In this document: piece after piece, positions 23,233 through 36,150 of the stretch | Position numbering within the stretch: position 1 is the first letter of the stretch | Layout of the letters: each line of letters opens with the position of its first letter | DNA from: Octopus bimaculoides | Lineage: Eukaryota | Length of the DNA stretch: 40,875 nucleotides | Direction of reading: 5' to 3' | Assembly: GCF_001194135.2 (NCBI RefSeq) | Contig: NC_068996.1 | Span: 35,070,808-35,111,682 of the forward strand | The notes under the pieces: generated by a model | Told to the model about the DNA's origin: nothing | Databases searched by the model: none | Seen by the model: only the letters and a program-made list of their open reading frames with translations | Translations under genes and position numbers: made by a program

Positions 23233-25279
23233 ATATAATAATAATAATTTTATTATTATTATTAGTAATAGTAGTATTATCATCTATCAAGAAAACAGAA
23301 CCCCCACCCAGCAAAAATGAAAGGAATTACATAAAAAATGTTTCAAATGGGCGGAACTGGTAATACTACCATAAGGGCTTTGGAACACATCATCAGATCA
23401 TCTTTTGACTACTTAAGGGATAGGAAAATTAGTTTCTAGGGAGCAGTAGCCATTTTATTTGTAAAATTTGGACCTTTGGAAACTTAAATTGCAGTTTTGA
23501 AAAGAATGACAGTTCTTTGAAAATTAGCATAATCACCATGCACTCCACCACACACATGCACATACTCATGCACCCACAGTTATATGGCTATGGGAACATG
23601 CCCAACACTGAAAACTGGGTCTAAGACTTCTGTGTGGCATTAATATACACATATACACACACACATGCATGCATATAGATAATTATTTAACGACAACAAC
23701 AACACTTGTAGTAACGGAAATCTGGGACAAGTAAAAAAAGATAAAATGGAAAAAGAAGGCACAATTCTTCCAATCTCAAAGAAAACATCCCATTCTTGTG
23801 CAAATCCTCTTCATAAAAATAACTTTGGAATAAAAAAAGGAATATACTAATAATAAGGTTGATAGTTAAAGAGAGATTGAGAGAGAGGAAGGAGAGAAGG
23901 AGAAAGAAATATCAACCACCTTTGTGTGTGTGTGTGGTGTGCATGTGTGGCATGGTATTGTATGACGTGTGTGTGTGTGCGATATGGTGTTATATGGTGT
24001 GGTGTGTGTGTGTTGTCTGCAAGGATTGAAATATAACTGTCAAACTTAAATTTATTTTGTTTAATTTAAATTAAAATAAAGAAAAATTAAAGAAACACAC
24101 ACACACGCCAAAAGAGAATTTATTGATTATTTAAATAGTGACGAAACATATTGGAAATTTAAGTATGGTCGATTAGTTGAGTTTATCAATGGCAGAAAGC
24201 ATTGATCATTGCAGCGGAAGAATGAATGAATGAATGAATGAATGAATGATGTAAGGAATGAAGGCATGAAGGAAGGAAGGATGAACAAAAGAAAAGATGA
24301 AAGGAAAAACATGGAGACAGAAATAAATCACATTGGATATGGTCCAGTCTCACTTGTTCTTCACCGAAAGAATTTCGGAATTAATTTAGAAAATTGTGAC
24401 AAGATACAGTGACAACAATAAAAGGCATAAGAGAACAAAATAAAAAAAGCGAAAAAGAACAAAAACAATAACAAAAGAAAATGCGATTATGAGTCATAGT
24501 CAGGTCCGGACATTAGAATAACGTTTGACCAACACCCAGTCACACCCAAACACACAGATGCACGCACTCACAGACACACACACACATACATATATTAAAG
24601 TGTTGCCAGAAAGAACACTTGCTCCTTAAGCTATTTAGAATTAATATATTTTTGAATAATTAGTCTTTCGAAACTCACACACACACATACACAAAATTAC
24701 ATATGCACATACATATATAAACATATAATACATACACAAGCATTTGCATGCATATTCAAAACATGCACATATGCACATGTAGATATGCATTCACATAAAG
24801 ATATAGCACACACACACACACAAATTCATTTATACAGTTAGATGCATACACACAGCTACATTCATACAGAGAAATATACATACACACACAAGAATTCTAT
24901 GTAAGAACACTAAGTGAAAATATTTGTATTCTGCTGGATTACGATAATGACATTTTACTAAAGACAATCAGTGAGAAAATTTATTACATTATAAAACAGA
25001 ATATCGGAATAACAGAATATAAAATAGAGGAAATGCAACAGTTTAATATCATATAAATTAAACATTGCTTTCCTGATGGTTTGTGACATGTCATGGAACC
25101 ATTACAAGATTGTCATGTGCAGCTAGCAAGACCAGACTGAAAAGTAGAATACACACACACACACACACAAACAGCAGGAGAGTTGAAGGAGGGAGAAAAA
25201 GGGAAAAAGAATTTACAACTACACACACACATGTATGTATGCATATTAGTCCAACCCATGCCAGAATCAAACATAGACA

Positions 25280-25312
<33 letters not shown>

Positions 25313-25794
25313 AATATATATATTTGTATTGGTATATGTATATGTATGTATACACATGTAATATCAGTGAGAAACACTAAGAGATATTGCAGATAAAAAT
25401 ACGTTAGTGTTTGCTAAAATAATGATAAACAACATCAACTGCTCTGAAGAAAGGAAGAAGAGAGAAATGTAAAATAGACAAACAGACAGACTCACTATGT
25501 CATGCGTGTATATAATTATTTCTGAATGTATTAGAATCTCTGAATGTATATAGTGAATATATTAGAGCAAAACAGAAATTACACAAGTTCAAATGGAAAA
25601 GAATCCCTACCTTTTTCCTGTGTAAACCACCAGATCTAGATTGGTTACTCTAATGTTGTCATTATAGTATATTGATAACACCAGATGATCAACAGGAGAT
25701 AAAGTGAAAGTAAAAGTAAGGGGCAAGAGATGGAAGAATGGGGGGGTTGGTTATTTGATTTCTTTCTTCTTTCTCTTTTTTTTTTTGCTCCCAG

Positions 25795-25912
25795 TGTTTA
25801 CCAGTCTACTATGTAAAACAGAGAATAAAATGCTTCAGTAATTCTACCATACAGCCAACACACACCTCTTTGAACATTTGTCTTGGAGGTGCCAAGAGTG
25901 GTGGGAGGAGAG
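25795..25912 (+). other. Exon-like unit on the plus strand (118 nt; phase-0 frame open)
   Basis: tttctttcttctttctctttttttttttgctcccag| ... GGAGAG|gtaagt. Peptide CLPVYYVKQRIKCFSNSTIQPTHTSLNICLGGAKSGGRR is unrecognised. Confidence 0.3.
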
Positions 25913-26526
25913 GTAAGTAAAATGAAGAATACTAAACGCTACTGACAAAGTGTGTTCATTGGTTGGTAACAGAGTCCAGAGTGTTGGTCAATACAGAGAG
26001 AGAGAGAGAGGGGGAGGGAGAAAGGAAGGAGAATGAAGGATATGTGATAATGGAGTGAGAGAGGAAGAATGACAAAAAGAGATAAAAGAAATGAAATATG
26101 TGTATGCATGTCAGTGTGTATGTGTGTATGTATGAGCTTTTACTTGTTTGAGTCATTGGACTGTGGCCAGGCTGGAGCCATGAAGTGTTTAGTTGATCAA
26201 ATTGACTTAAGTACTTAAAAGCCTATCAGTAGCTTCTGCCAAACAGCTAAATTATACATACATGTGTGTATAGGTGAGTGTATATGCATGTATATTTGTA
26301 CCCCTTCACCGCACACAAAATATTGCATAAAATCGATACTTTTACATGCATAAAAATATTGAAAACTATCTCAAGAAAGGACTCAATATATGTGTATACT
26401 CCCACGTCCATGATTTTTCGACAGTGACTTTGAAGTTCTTCCAACTGTAATTTAACCAAATTGTGTGGGTGTGTATACAGAAACATATACACACAAATAT
26501 ATGCACACATACACACAAATATATGT

Positions 26527-26594
<68 letters not shown>

Positions 26595-27075
26595 CATCGT
26601 TTAACGTCCGCTTTCCATTTAAGAGCCCTATCTACTCGCTGGCGGTACCTACCCACCCCTACCCATTTTCCTTTATTCAAAAATTCTTATCGCTCCTTAA
26701 AATTATGGCCTTTAAGTGTTGATTTCTCAGCCCAAGAATTACAGCGTGATGTGCTGCTTGACTGGTCCNNNNNNNNNNNNNNNNNNNNNNNNNNNNNNNN
26801 NNNNNNNNNNNNNNNNNNNNNNNNNNNNNNNNNNNNNNNNNNNNNNNNNNNNNNNNNNNNNNNNNNNNNNNNNNNNNNNNNNNNNNNNNNNNNNNNNNNN
26901 NNNNNNNNNNNNNNNNNNNNNNNNNNNNNNNNNNNNNNNNNNNNNNNNNNNNNNNNNNNNNNNNNNNNNNNNNNNNNNNNNNNNNNNNNNNNNNNNNNNN
27001 NNNNNNNNNNCTTAAGGTCTTCAGGTTCTGGCTATATATAAATGAGAAATCCATTCTATATATATATATATATAT

Positions 27076-27460
27076 CTTTTTATCTTTTACTTGTTTCAGC
27101 CATTTGATTGTGACCATGCTAGAGCACCACTTTGAAGGTTTTTAGTCGAGCAAATCGACCCCAGGACTTATTGCTTTTTTTAAAAAAAGTTTTGAACTTA
27201 TTTAATCGGTCTCTTTTGCTGAACTGTTAAGTTATGGGGACATGAACACACCGACACTGGTTAACAAGCATTGGTGGAGGACAAGCACAGACGCAAAGAC
27301 ACACACACACACACAATGAATTGATTTCAGTTTCCATCTACCACAAGTTTTGGTCAGCCTAAGTCTATAGAAGACTCTTGTCCAAGGTGTCGTGCAGTGG
27401 GACTGAACTCGGTACCATGTAGTTGGGAATCAAGCTTCTTACCACACAGCCATGCATGCG
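27076..27460 (-). mobile_element. CORE-like SINE with tail B
   Basis: Reverse complement of the 10135-10537 type. Confidence 0.85.
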
Positions 27461-27466
27461 TCTATA

Positions 27467-27880
27467 TCATCATCATTGTTTAACGTCCGCTTTCCATGCT
27501 AGCATGGGTTGGATGATTTGACTGAGGACTGGCAAGCCAGGAGGCTGCACCACGACCCAATCTGATCTGGTAGAGTTTCTACAGCTGGATGCCCTTCCTA
27601 ACGCCAACCACTCCGAGAGTGTAGTGGGTGCTTTTACGTGCCACCGGCACAAGGGCCAGTCACACGGTACTGGCAATGGCCACACTCAAAATGGTGTTTT
27701 TTACATGCCACCTGCATGGGAGCCAGTCCAGCGGCACTGGCAACGACCTCGCTCGAATGATTTTCTAATGTGCCACCAGTACAAGTGCTACAAGGCGACG
27801 CTGGTAATGATTACGCTCAAATGGTGCTATTTATGGGCCACTAGCACGGAAGCCAGACAGCTGCTCTGGCAATGATCATA
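27467..27880 (-). mobile_element. RTE 3' UTR with four ~66-bp tandem subunits
   Basis: Tail as in the other copies; subunits begin tgccacc/ggccact. Confidence 0.9.
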
Positions 27881-27959
27881 TATATATATATCTTAAAAGA
27901 TATATACTATATACTATCTTAAGAGCTGCCCTATCGGGCCACTACCATCAATACCTTTG

Positions 27960-28180
27960 GCTTCGCTGCCTTCTCCACCACCATCACCACTGTCTTTCAC
28001 ATTGTTTACTATCACCGTCATCCTTGACTACCTTGGCTACCATCACTACCACCACCACCACTACCATCATTACTGTCACCTCTGTCGCTATCACAACTAC
28101 AGCTCATACTATTACCATCACAACCGTCAATTTGCTACCACCCTCACCATCTCTATGCCTACTATTACACTCACCCCATC
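27960..28180. repeat. (CAC/CAT/TAC)-rich low-complexity DNA
   Basis: Direct reading. Confidence 0.85.
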
Positions 28181-28284
28181 ATGAGTAATAGTAGAAGTGT
28201 CACTGAATGGTGAGAGAGGTGGTCAAAAAGTGACACACTGACACACAGTCGTTTTGGCATTTATTATTATCATTATATATATGA

Positions 28285-28385
28285 TGAGCTTCTTCCAGTT
28301 TCCATCTACAAAATCCACTCACAAGGGTTTGGTCAGCCCGAGGTTATAGAAGACACTTGCCCAAGGTTCCAGTCAGTGGAGCTGA

Positions 28386-28423
<38 letters not shown>

Positions 28424-28625
28424 TCCCTCTTCTCTGTTAGGAGGCAGAAGCACTTTTACACATATACACACATGACGGGAACTTCTACCTATCAAATTCA
28501 ATCACAAGGCTTCGGTTGGCCCAAGGCAGTAGCCAAAAACACTTGTGCAAGATGCCATGCAGTAGTACTGAATCTGAAACCATGTGCTCAGGAAGTAAGC
28601 TTCCTAACTACACAGTCATGCATAC
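28285..28625 (-). mobile_element. Two CORE-like SINE head fragments
   Basis: ttccagtttccatctacaaaatccactcacaagg...acacttgcccaagg motifs. Confidence 0.8.
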
Positions 28626-28749
28626 ATATAACCAGTCAGTTATTTGTAAGTCCCCCCCACAAAAAGCACACTAAAATCTTTTGAGCAATAATAATCAATG
28701 TAGTTGTTGGTTACTGCCAGTTAGCCCCCATCTTTGCCCACTCCTTTCT

Positions 28750-31700
28750 TACTCCCTAAATTTTACAAAACTCCAAAGGTGATGAGATAAGGATGTTGGG
28801 AGCAGGGTATAGGGTAGCTGAAAGGTCCTAGTCTAGACTCACACTTTGGTGGCAAGTGTGTGATGGTCGCCTTCCTGTGACTTGTGACTACACAAAAATT
28901 CAGTCCCAATCCTTTTTAGGAGTACCACTGCCCACCCCAAAGGGAAGAGGCCCTAGAAAATGTTGGATAAACATCAGTAGTCACATTATAATCCTGATTT
29001 GGGAAACTGCACCCAAACAGGACACTCATCAATGCACTTACAACATAAGAAACCTACAAATAAAACCCACCCAGATCACTTGTGGATCCACAAATACACG
29101 AACTCTCTTGGACCAGAAGGACACAGAATGCCCTGAATGAAGATCAGCATCCATCTCAGGGGAACTTGCCAGATTCAATGTTGACATTGCTACTTTAAAT
29201 TAGACACACCTACTAGGTGTAGGCCATCATGAAGAAACTGGAGTTGGCTACACCTTTTGGAAAGGCAAAAACCATGAAGATCGCCACTACTATGGTGTTG
29301 GCTTTGCCATCAAGAGCCAACTAGTCAGAACACAACAGCCTGGCACCCAAGGCCATCAATAAGCACCTCATAATGATACACATCCCACTTCCAAGGAGCC
29401 ATTTCATGACTGATATCTGCCTATGCCTCAATACTTGAAAGAGAGGAAAACATCAAATAGGCATTTTACCATCAGCTAGGTACTATTATCTCACTTGTTC
29501 CAAAGGGAGACCACCTCCTACTCTTGGGTGACTTTAATGATAGAGTAGGAAAGACCACTAGTTATGGCCAAATATAATTGAGAGAGAAGCAATTTGAAAG
29601 TATAATGAAAACAGTCAGCTCTTCCTTGGCCTTGATACTGAACATGAATTGTTCATCACAAACACCCAGTTCTGACTCCTGAACTGACATAAAACAACCT
29701 TGAAACACCCACAATCAAAAAAGTGGTACACCCTCAAGACTACAACAGTGTAAGCCAGTGCCATAAGAAAAATGTTCTCATTACCAGAAGTATGCCAGGA
29801 GCTGATGACTGCTAGACAAATCACTGCCTCCTTATGATGAGACTAAAGCTAAACCTCTGACGCAAGTGCCGAAATTGCCCATGAAACGAGGTAGGAAAGA
29901 GGCTTGACCTGATCAAGTTACAAGATCTGACTGTATCTGGGGCTTCTAAGGGGAAATCCAACAGTGTCTTGCTTTGAACCCACCCAACAGGACATCAATA
30001 GACACATGATGAACAACTATTTGAGAAGTGGTAAATGATACAGATGAAACAATCATTGGTTTCAGAAGAAGGAAAAAAACAGGACTGGTTTGATAGTAAT
30101 GACCCTGAAATTTCAGTACTAACAGATACAAAAGGAAAAGCCTGAATCAACTACGAACAAGACCCACAATCAGTGAAGAAAAAGGTGCAATTCAGAAACA
30201 TGAAGGTTCAATGTCAAAATAACTGGTGACAATAAAAGGCTGAAGAACTGCAGCACTAGGGACCTCTGCAGCTTCTATGCAGGAACCCAGAATATATATG
30301 GTCCAATCCAGTCCATTCCTCATCAGAGACCCTCCTGTCAAAAGACAACACCCTCTTGATGGAGAGCAATGACATCCTTAAGTGGTGGGTGGAACATTTC
30401 AATGCCCAGCTCAATAGGAACTCAACCACTGCTGATGATTTTCTAAGAAATGAGCCACAATACCCCACTCAACTCTGGATGCCTATTTCACCCACCTACT
30501 ATGAATTTTGTGTAACCTTGAGGCAAATGCACCACAGAAAAGCTGAGGACCAAGATGAAATTCCTGCAGAGCTCCTGCTACATGGTGGGCTACACCTAAA
30601 GACCAGCCTGTACATTTTGATCATATTAATGTGAGAAGCTAAACACGTCCCAAATGAGCTTAAAGATGCACTAATTACCACAATATTTAACAAAGGGAAT
30701 CACAGCATCTGTGGAAGTTATCATGACATATACTTACTCCCTATCACAGGGATAATTTTAGCCAAAATAATCCTGAACAAATTAAAAAAAACTCTGCAGC
30801 GAACATCCTGCCAGGATACCAGTATGGTTCCCACACTGGGATTCTTTGCCTGTCAACTACAGAAGAAAGCCAGAGAACAACAAAGATCTCAACTTTTCAT
30901 TTTCTATAACCTTGAAAAGTCCTACGATAGTGTCCTAAGAGCTGCAATGTGGGCTGTCCTGCAATGATTTCGCCTACCAAAACTCTTTGTGGGAATGATT
31001 AGATCAATGCACGATGGGATGTGTTATCCACCAAGCTAACACCTCAGAAGAATTCCCCATTCTGTGCAGTCTGAAACAGGGCTGTGTTCCTGTACCCACA
31101 CTCTTCTCACTTTACCTTATTACCATGCTTCAGGAAATTCCTCAACAACCCAGGTGTAGAAATCAAGTACCGTTTGATGGAGGACTTTCTAATCTATCAA
31201 GGCTCCACTTTCAGCATCCCACCAGCACCATCAAAGTAAATGTAATGCAGTATGCAGATGACAATGCTGCCCCTGCCCACCCATCTGAGGCCTAACAACT
31301 ATCTGTCAGCAATTTCTGCATGGCATATTCCCATTTTGGCCTAACATTTAACAAAGGCAAAACCAAAATCATTGTATGACTACCACCTGGATGTAACCCA
31401 CCAAAGTGTAACATCACCATTAGCAGAACCTCCATTGAATATGTTGAACATTTCCTTTATCCTTTCCCTTATCTTGGCAACATCTTGCTTGTCTAATGTA
31501 CATCATCAAAGGATGTAGAAAACAGGATCCAAGCAGTCACTCAGCCTTTGGTAATCAGTAGTCTTAAAATGAAAATGATGGTGTACAATGTTATAGTTGT
31601 GTCTATTCTGCTGTATGAATGTGAGATGTGAACTCTGTATTGCCATGACCTGCAAACACTTGAATAATTCCATCAAAAGAAACTCCAGTCTATCCTGAAC

Positions 31701-32170
31701 ATGAAAAGAGAAGACTATGTTTCCAATATTGATTTATTAAAACAGAGTGGGACAAATTAGCATGGAGGCTACATCATCAAGCACTGCAGGCCATGTGGCT
31801 CACATGGGGGAAAACGGGCTCCCAAAGATGTTCCTGTTTGTATAAATGAACAATGGGAGATGCCCTCAGAGACTAATTGAAGGAAACTCCAAAGAGTACT
31901 GATATAAACGAAAATTCCTGGGAAATGAAAGCCAACCAATGCACTGACTGGCGTAATTTGACCAAGGAAGGAATATCCCATTTTGAAGAACAGATACTGG
32001 AATGAAAATACAACAGGAAAGACAGAGCAACCCAGCCCCAATCTACACCTGTGATTCATGCGACTGATTGTTTAGAGCAAGAATTGGGCTTATTAGCCAT
32101 CAGAAAACCCATTGTCCCCTCCAGCACAAGTGATCCCCAACACCAACCCCACCCCTCTGGACTGAAATGT
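28750..32170 (+). mobile_element. Near full-length dead RTE-clade LINE (APE endonuclease + RT + C-terminal C2H2), second RTE family
   Basis: ITCGSTNTRTLLD...ELARFNVDIA (~29075), LLGDFNDRVG (29521-29550), EIPAELL, LKQGCVPVPTLFS, QYADD (YADD 31251-31262), TCDSCD*LFRARIGLISHQKTH (32047-32112). Many stops and frameshifts; the 5' boundary is approximate. Confidence 0.95.
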
Positions 32171-32714
32171 ACTAAATACTCGGAAACAAATTATTGCTGA
32201 CAAATTATACACAATGGAGATATATGAGAGCAAAGTGAGAAAGAAATTAAGAATTGAGAAGAGTTATGTAAACAGATCAAGAGTGTATTGATAGTAGTAG
32301 TAGTAGCAGCAGCAGCAATGGTAGTGATCTTTGTAGCAGTAACAGCAGCGATGGCACAGTTAACAGTAATCTGCACTAAATTACATATTTTGACACAAAA
32401 CGCCCACCAAACAAAAACAAGTAACAAAAAAAAAAAAGGAGACAATAAACATCTTCTAATCAAAGACAGATTACAGGAATCTCAAAGCAGTCTATTGATT
32501 TCTGTCTATCTGCCTGTCTGTTTATCTACTTTTTATATCAACCTATCTGTATATGCATGTCTCCTTTTGTATTTGTCTATCTACCATTTTCTATTTCTCT
32601 ATCTACCTCTCTGTCTTTGTTTCTCTCTCTCTCCTTCTCTCACACACACACACAAATTTATTTTATCTGTATCTGTCTGTCTGTCTACCACAAAATGTCT
32701 GATATTATGTCAAT

Positions 32715-33075
32715 AATTTAGCAGAATTGGTAGAACAGAATCAGTAGAATATCAGACAAAATGTTCTATATTTAATTAATAACATCACTTTAATGTTCTG
32801 AGTTTGAAATCTACAAGGGTTAACTTTGCCTGCCATTCTTCCAGGTGTCAAAATTTTGTGAGAATGATGCACTGGAGTTGTTTTTAATTTATTACAAACT
32901 CTCTTCAAATTTTATTTCCTTCTGCGGAAATGGTAAGAAGGCAGAATTCTAACCAGTTCTTTACATTCTGAGTTCAAATTTCATCAGACTTAATTTGGTT
33001 TCCATTTACTTCAGGGTTGATGAAATAAAATACCAGTCAAGAGCTTAGGGTTGATACAAACAACTATCCCTCTCC
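32715..33075 (+). mobile_element. Two decayed Deu/Nin-like SINEs
   Basis: gttctgagtttgaaatc...ctttgcctgccattc and ttctgagttcaaatt...gggttgatgaaataaaatacc. Confidence 0.7.
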
Positions 33076-33099
33076 CACTGCATTTAAGAACTGCTGCTG

Positions 33100-33102
<3 letters not shown>

Positions 33103-33168
<66 letters not shown>
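33103..33168. repeat. (CTA)n microsatellite
   Basis: Direct reading. Confidence 0.98.
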
Positions 33169-33171
<3 letters not shown>

Positions 33172-33184
33172 ATGATAATAAACA

Positions 33185-34010
33185 ATCAATTCCATGTGGC
33201 TACAACAGAAGTCGCTGGAAAAAATAGGTGGGATTGGCTAATGAAAGGAACCCTAAAAAAAGAGACTGAGAGCACTATAGTTGCAGCGCAGGACCAAGCT
33301 CTGGCCACGAACTGGAGGGTTAACCTGAGGAATGAGCAAGTGTCCCCACTGTGCCACATCTGCAATAGTGTGGATGAAACCATTGTCCATATCACAAACA
33401 AATGTCCTAGACTTTCCCCAAACCACTGCAAGTTGTGGCAGCACGACCAGGTAGCAAAAGTGTTACATTGGAAAATGTGTGAAAAGTGGAGGCTAGAGAG
33501 AGGCAAGACATGGTATGAGCACAAACTGCAGAGAGTGGCAGAGTTGGAGACTAACAAGATCCTTTGGGATTTCCCATTCCAAACAGATCAGGTGCTAGAG
33601 CATAACAGATCGGACCTAGTGGTGGTGGACAAGGTGCACCACATATGCTATATAGTTAACATTGCATGCCCCCTTTGATCCACAAATAGTCAAGAAAGAA
33701 GGTGAAAAGATAGATACAACCTTATGTACGAAATTGCCTGGTTATGGAAAATGAAGAAGGTGAAGATAGTGCCAATTATTGTTGGGTCCTTGGGAACAGT
33801 ATCAGAAGGCATCAAAGGGAATATAAATGATATTGGAATAGAGTGCTCAGTAGGACTGTTACAAAAGGTTGGCCTCTTTGGTACAGCCAGAATAATCAGG
33901 AAAGTATTAGATAGCTAAAAAGAATAAATAGCATGGTACTGTAGGCTGAAGGTAGTAAGCCCACTACGCATGCAAGACTCCAGGAACTCCAACAAAACTT
34001 GTGTGTAATT
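33185..34010 (+). mobile_element. 5'-truncated R4/Dong-like non-LTR element: CCHC knuckle plus restriction-like endonuclease
   Basis: LKKETESTIVAAQDQAL, CHICNSVDETIVHITNKC, HDQVAKVLHW, ILWDFPFQTD...NRSDLVVVDK, PIIVGSLGTV, LQKVGLFGTARIIRKVL* (stop 33918); two frameshifts near 33670-33720. The 3' boundary is approximate. Confidence 0.9.
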
Positions 34011-34465
34011 CAATGCTTTATAGGATATACACGTGTCTCATCAAAATACCAAAATAAATTACATAACAGTGGTAAAAAAAACATTATGCAATCAACATGA
34101 CAAACACTTAAGAAGACATCAGTAACTACAAAAACTGTTATGTTCACTTTTGTTTATTTCTTAATTAAATCAAACAAAAGGAAATGTTTTAAAATTTAGT
34201 TAATGTTATGGTTTCATAACTGACAAAATTCTACTGTATTTCAGTGACCCAGTCATAGATGCACACCAAAACTTTTTAACACTTTGTAGAACACACACAT
34301 CATTATCATCATTCATCATTTTCCATGCTGGCAAAAATTTGTCATTGAGCTACCTGTTTGGAGGTGTTTCAAATCCAAGATGGGCCAAAGACTATGTCAT
34401 ATTTTCCTTTTGACATGGCTTCTATATGTATGTGTGTGTTTATATATATGTATATATATAAAAAC

Positions 34466-34528
<63 letters not shown>

Positions 34529-34717
34529 NNNNNNNNNNNNNNNNNNNNNNNNNNNNNNNNNNNNNNNNNNNNNNNNNNNNNNNNNNNNNNNNNNNNNNNN
34601 NNNNNNNNNNNNNNNNNNNNNNNNNNNNNNNNNNNNNNNNNNNNNNNNNNNNNNNNNNNNNNNNNNNNNNNNNNNNNNNNNNNNNNNNNNNNNNNNNNNN
34701 NNNNNNNNNNNNNNNNN

Positions 34718-34754
<37 letters not shown>
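34466..34754. repeat. (TG)n(AG)n microsatellite spanning a gap
   Basis: Direct reading. Confidence 0.98.
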
Positions 34755-34757
<3 letters not shown>

Positions 34758-35589
34758 GCCACTCATCCAAGCCACTCAGTTGATTAGCTCTGAAACAGCT
34801 AACACAATCATCTATCTGATGTCACTCCACAACATAGTAATGTCACACACATGCACACACGTACACACACACACACACAATTGTTCTGCTACTCTTTCAT
34901 TCATTTGATATGTGATATGTTGAACAGAATAAATAAGTAGGAGTAGGGCAATACAAATGGCATCAACAAAAATACAAGGGATCTGAGTTATGTAAGAAAT
35001 TTCAGAAACAAATTCTAAAATCTGTACTTGACAAGAAACATATACATAAATAAAAAAAAAAATAACTTGGTAACTATATTGGAAATGTCACTTTTACTTA
35101 TCCTGCCCTCTCTCTCTCTCTCTCTCACACACACACTCTCTCTCTCTCACTCTCACTCTCTCTCACTCTCTCACTCTTGGCATATTGCATTTGTCTGTCT
35201 ATCACATTCAATTCATTTATATATCCTTCTTCAATTCTCTATTTCCTTGCCAATTGTTGCTTCCAAGATGAAACACACTGATGCAAATGAAACTGGTCAT
35301 TATAAAACTATAGAAACACTTGCCTCTCTCCTTTAATAACATAAGTGTGGACTTGCTAGAAATATCAGCCAAATCACATGCAAATCATACCATAATGATT
35401 TGATATATATATAAAACAGAAAGTACACATAACATAGATAGCTTTGAAAAAGGCAGATGAGAAAGCTTTAGCATGATTGATCTAAGACTAAACAACAACA
35501 CCTTGACAATATGCCTTGTGTCCCTTCCCTTCTCTCTCTCTCTCACACACACACACCCATTATTTTAAAGTCCTGTTTTTCACGCTTGC

Positions 35590-36150
35590 GAGGGCTAGAT
35601 GGTATTTATTGAGGCAGATTTTCTACAGCCAGATGTCCTTTCTGTCATCCAATCTTTAACTGTTTCCAAGTAAGGTAATATTTCCTCATGTCCAGACCTA
35701 TTCTTGCAGAATATTAGAAATTAATGGTATTTCTTGTAACAAGCATTTTACAACTATCATGTGATGCCAAGATAAGGACACACACACACACGTGTGCAAG
35801 TGGTGAGCTTCTTTTTAGCTTCCATCTACCAAATCCAGACACAAGGCTTTGGTTGGCATAGGGATATTGTAGAAGATTATTGGTTAAGGAGCTGTGCAAT
35901 GAGACAGAATCCAGAACCATGCAGTCTGGAAGCAAACTTCTTACCACACAGCCATGCCTATGCACATATGTGTGTGTGTGCATGTATACACATATCTTTT
36001 ATCTTTTACTTGTCTCATTCACTAGACTGTGACCATGCTAGGGCACTACCTTGAAGAATTTTTAGTCAAATGAATTGACCCCAATATTTAGTTTTTTTTT
36101 TAAAACCTGATACTTATTCTATCAGCCGCTTTTGCCAAACCACTAAGTTC
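35590..36150 (-). mobile_element. CORE-like SINE with tail A (35590-35960) plus tail B fragment (35995-36150)
   Basis: Reverse complements of the types above. Confidence 0.78.

Noticed and set aside
24354-24570. ~200-nt AG-free zone on the minus strand ending at a 5-nt AG|AACAA|gtgaga
   Set aside because: Expected from A-rich composition; no independent support.
25083-25361. Poly-Met, poly-His and poly-Ile ORFs (also 16047-16283 and 27957-28184)
   Set aside because: They are (GAT)n, (ATT)n and (CAC)n repeats.
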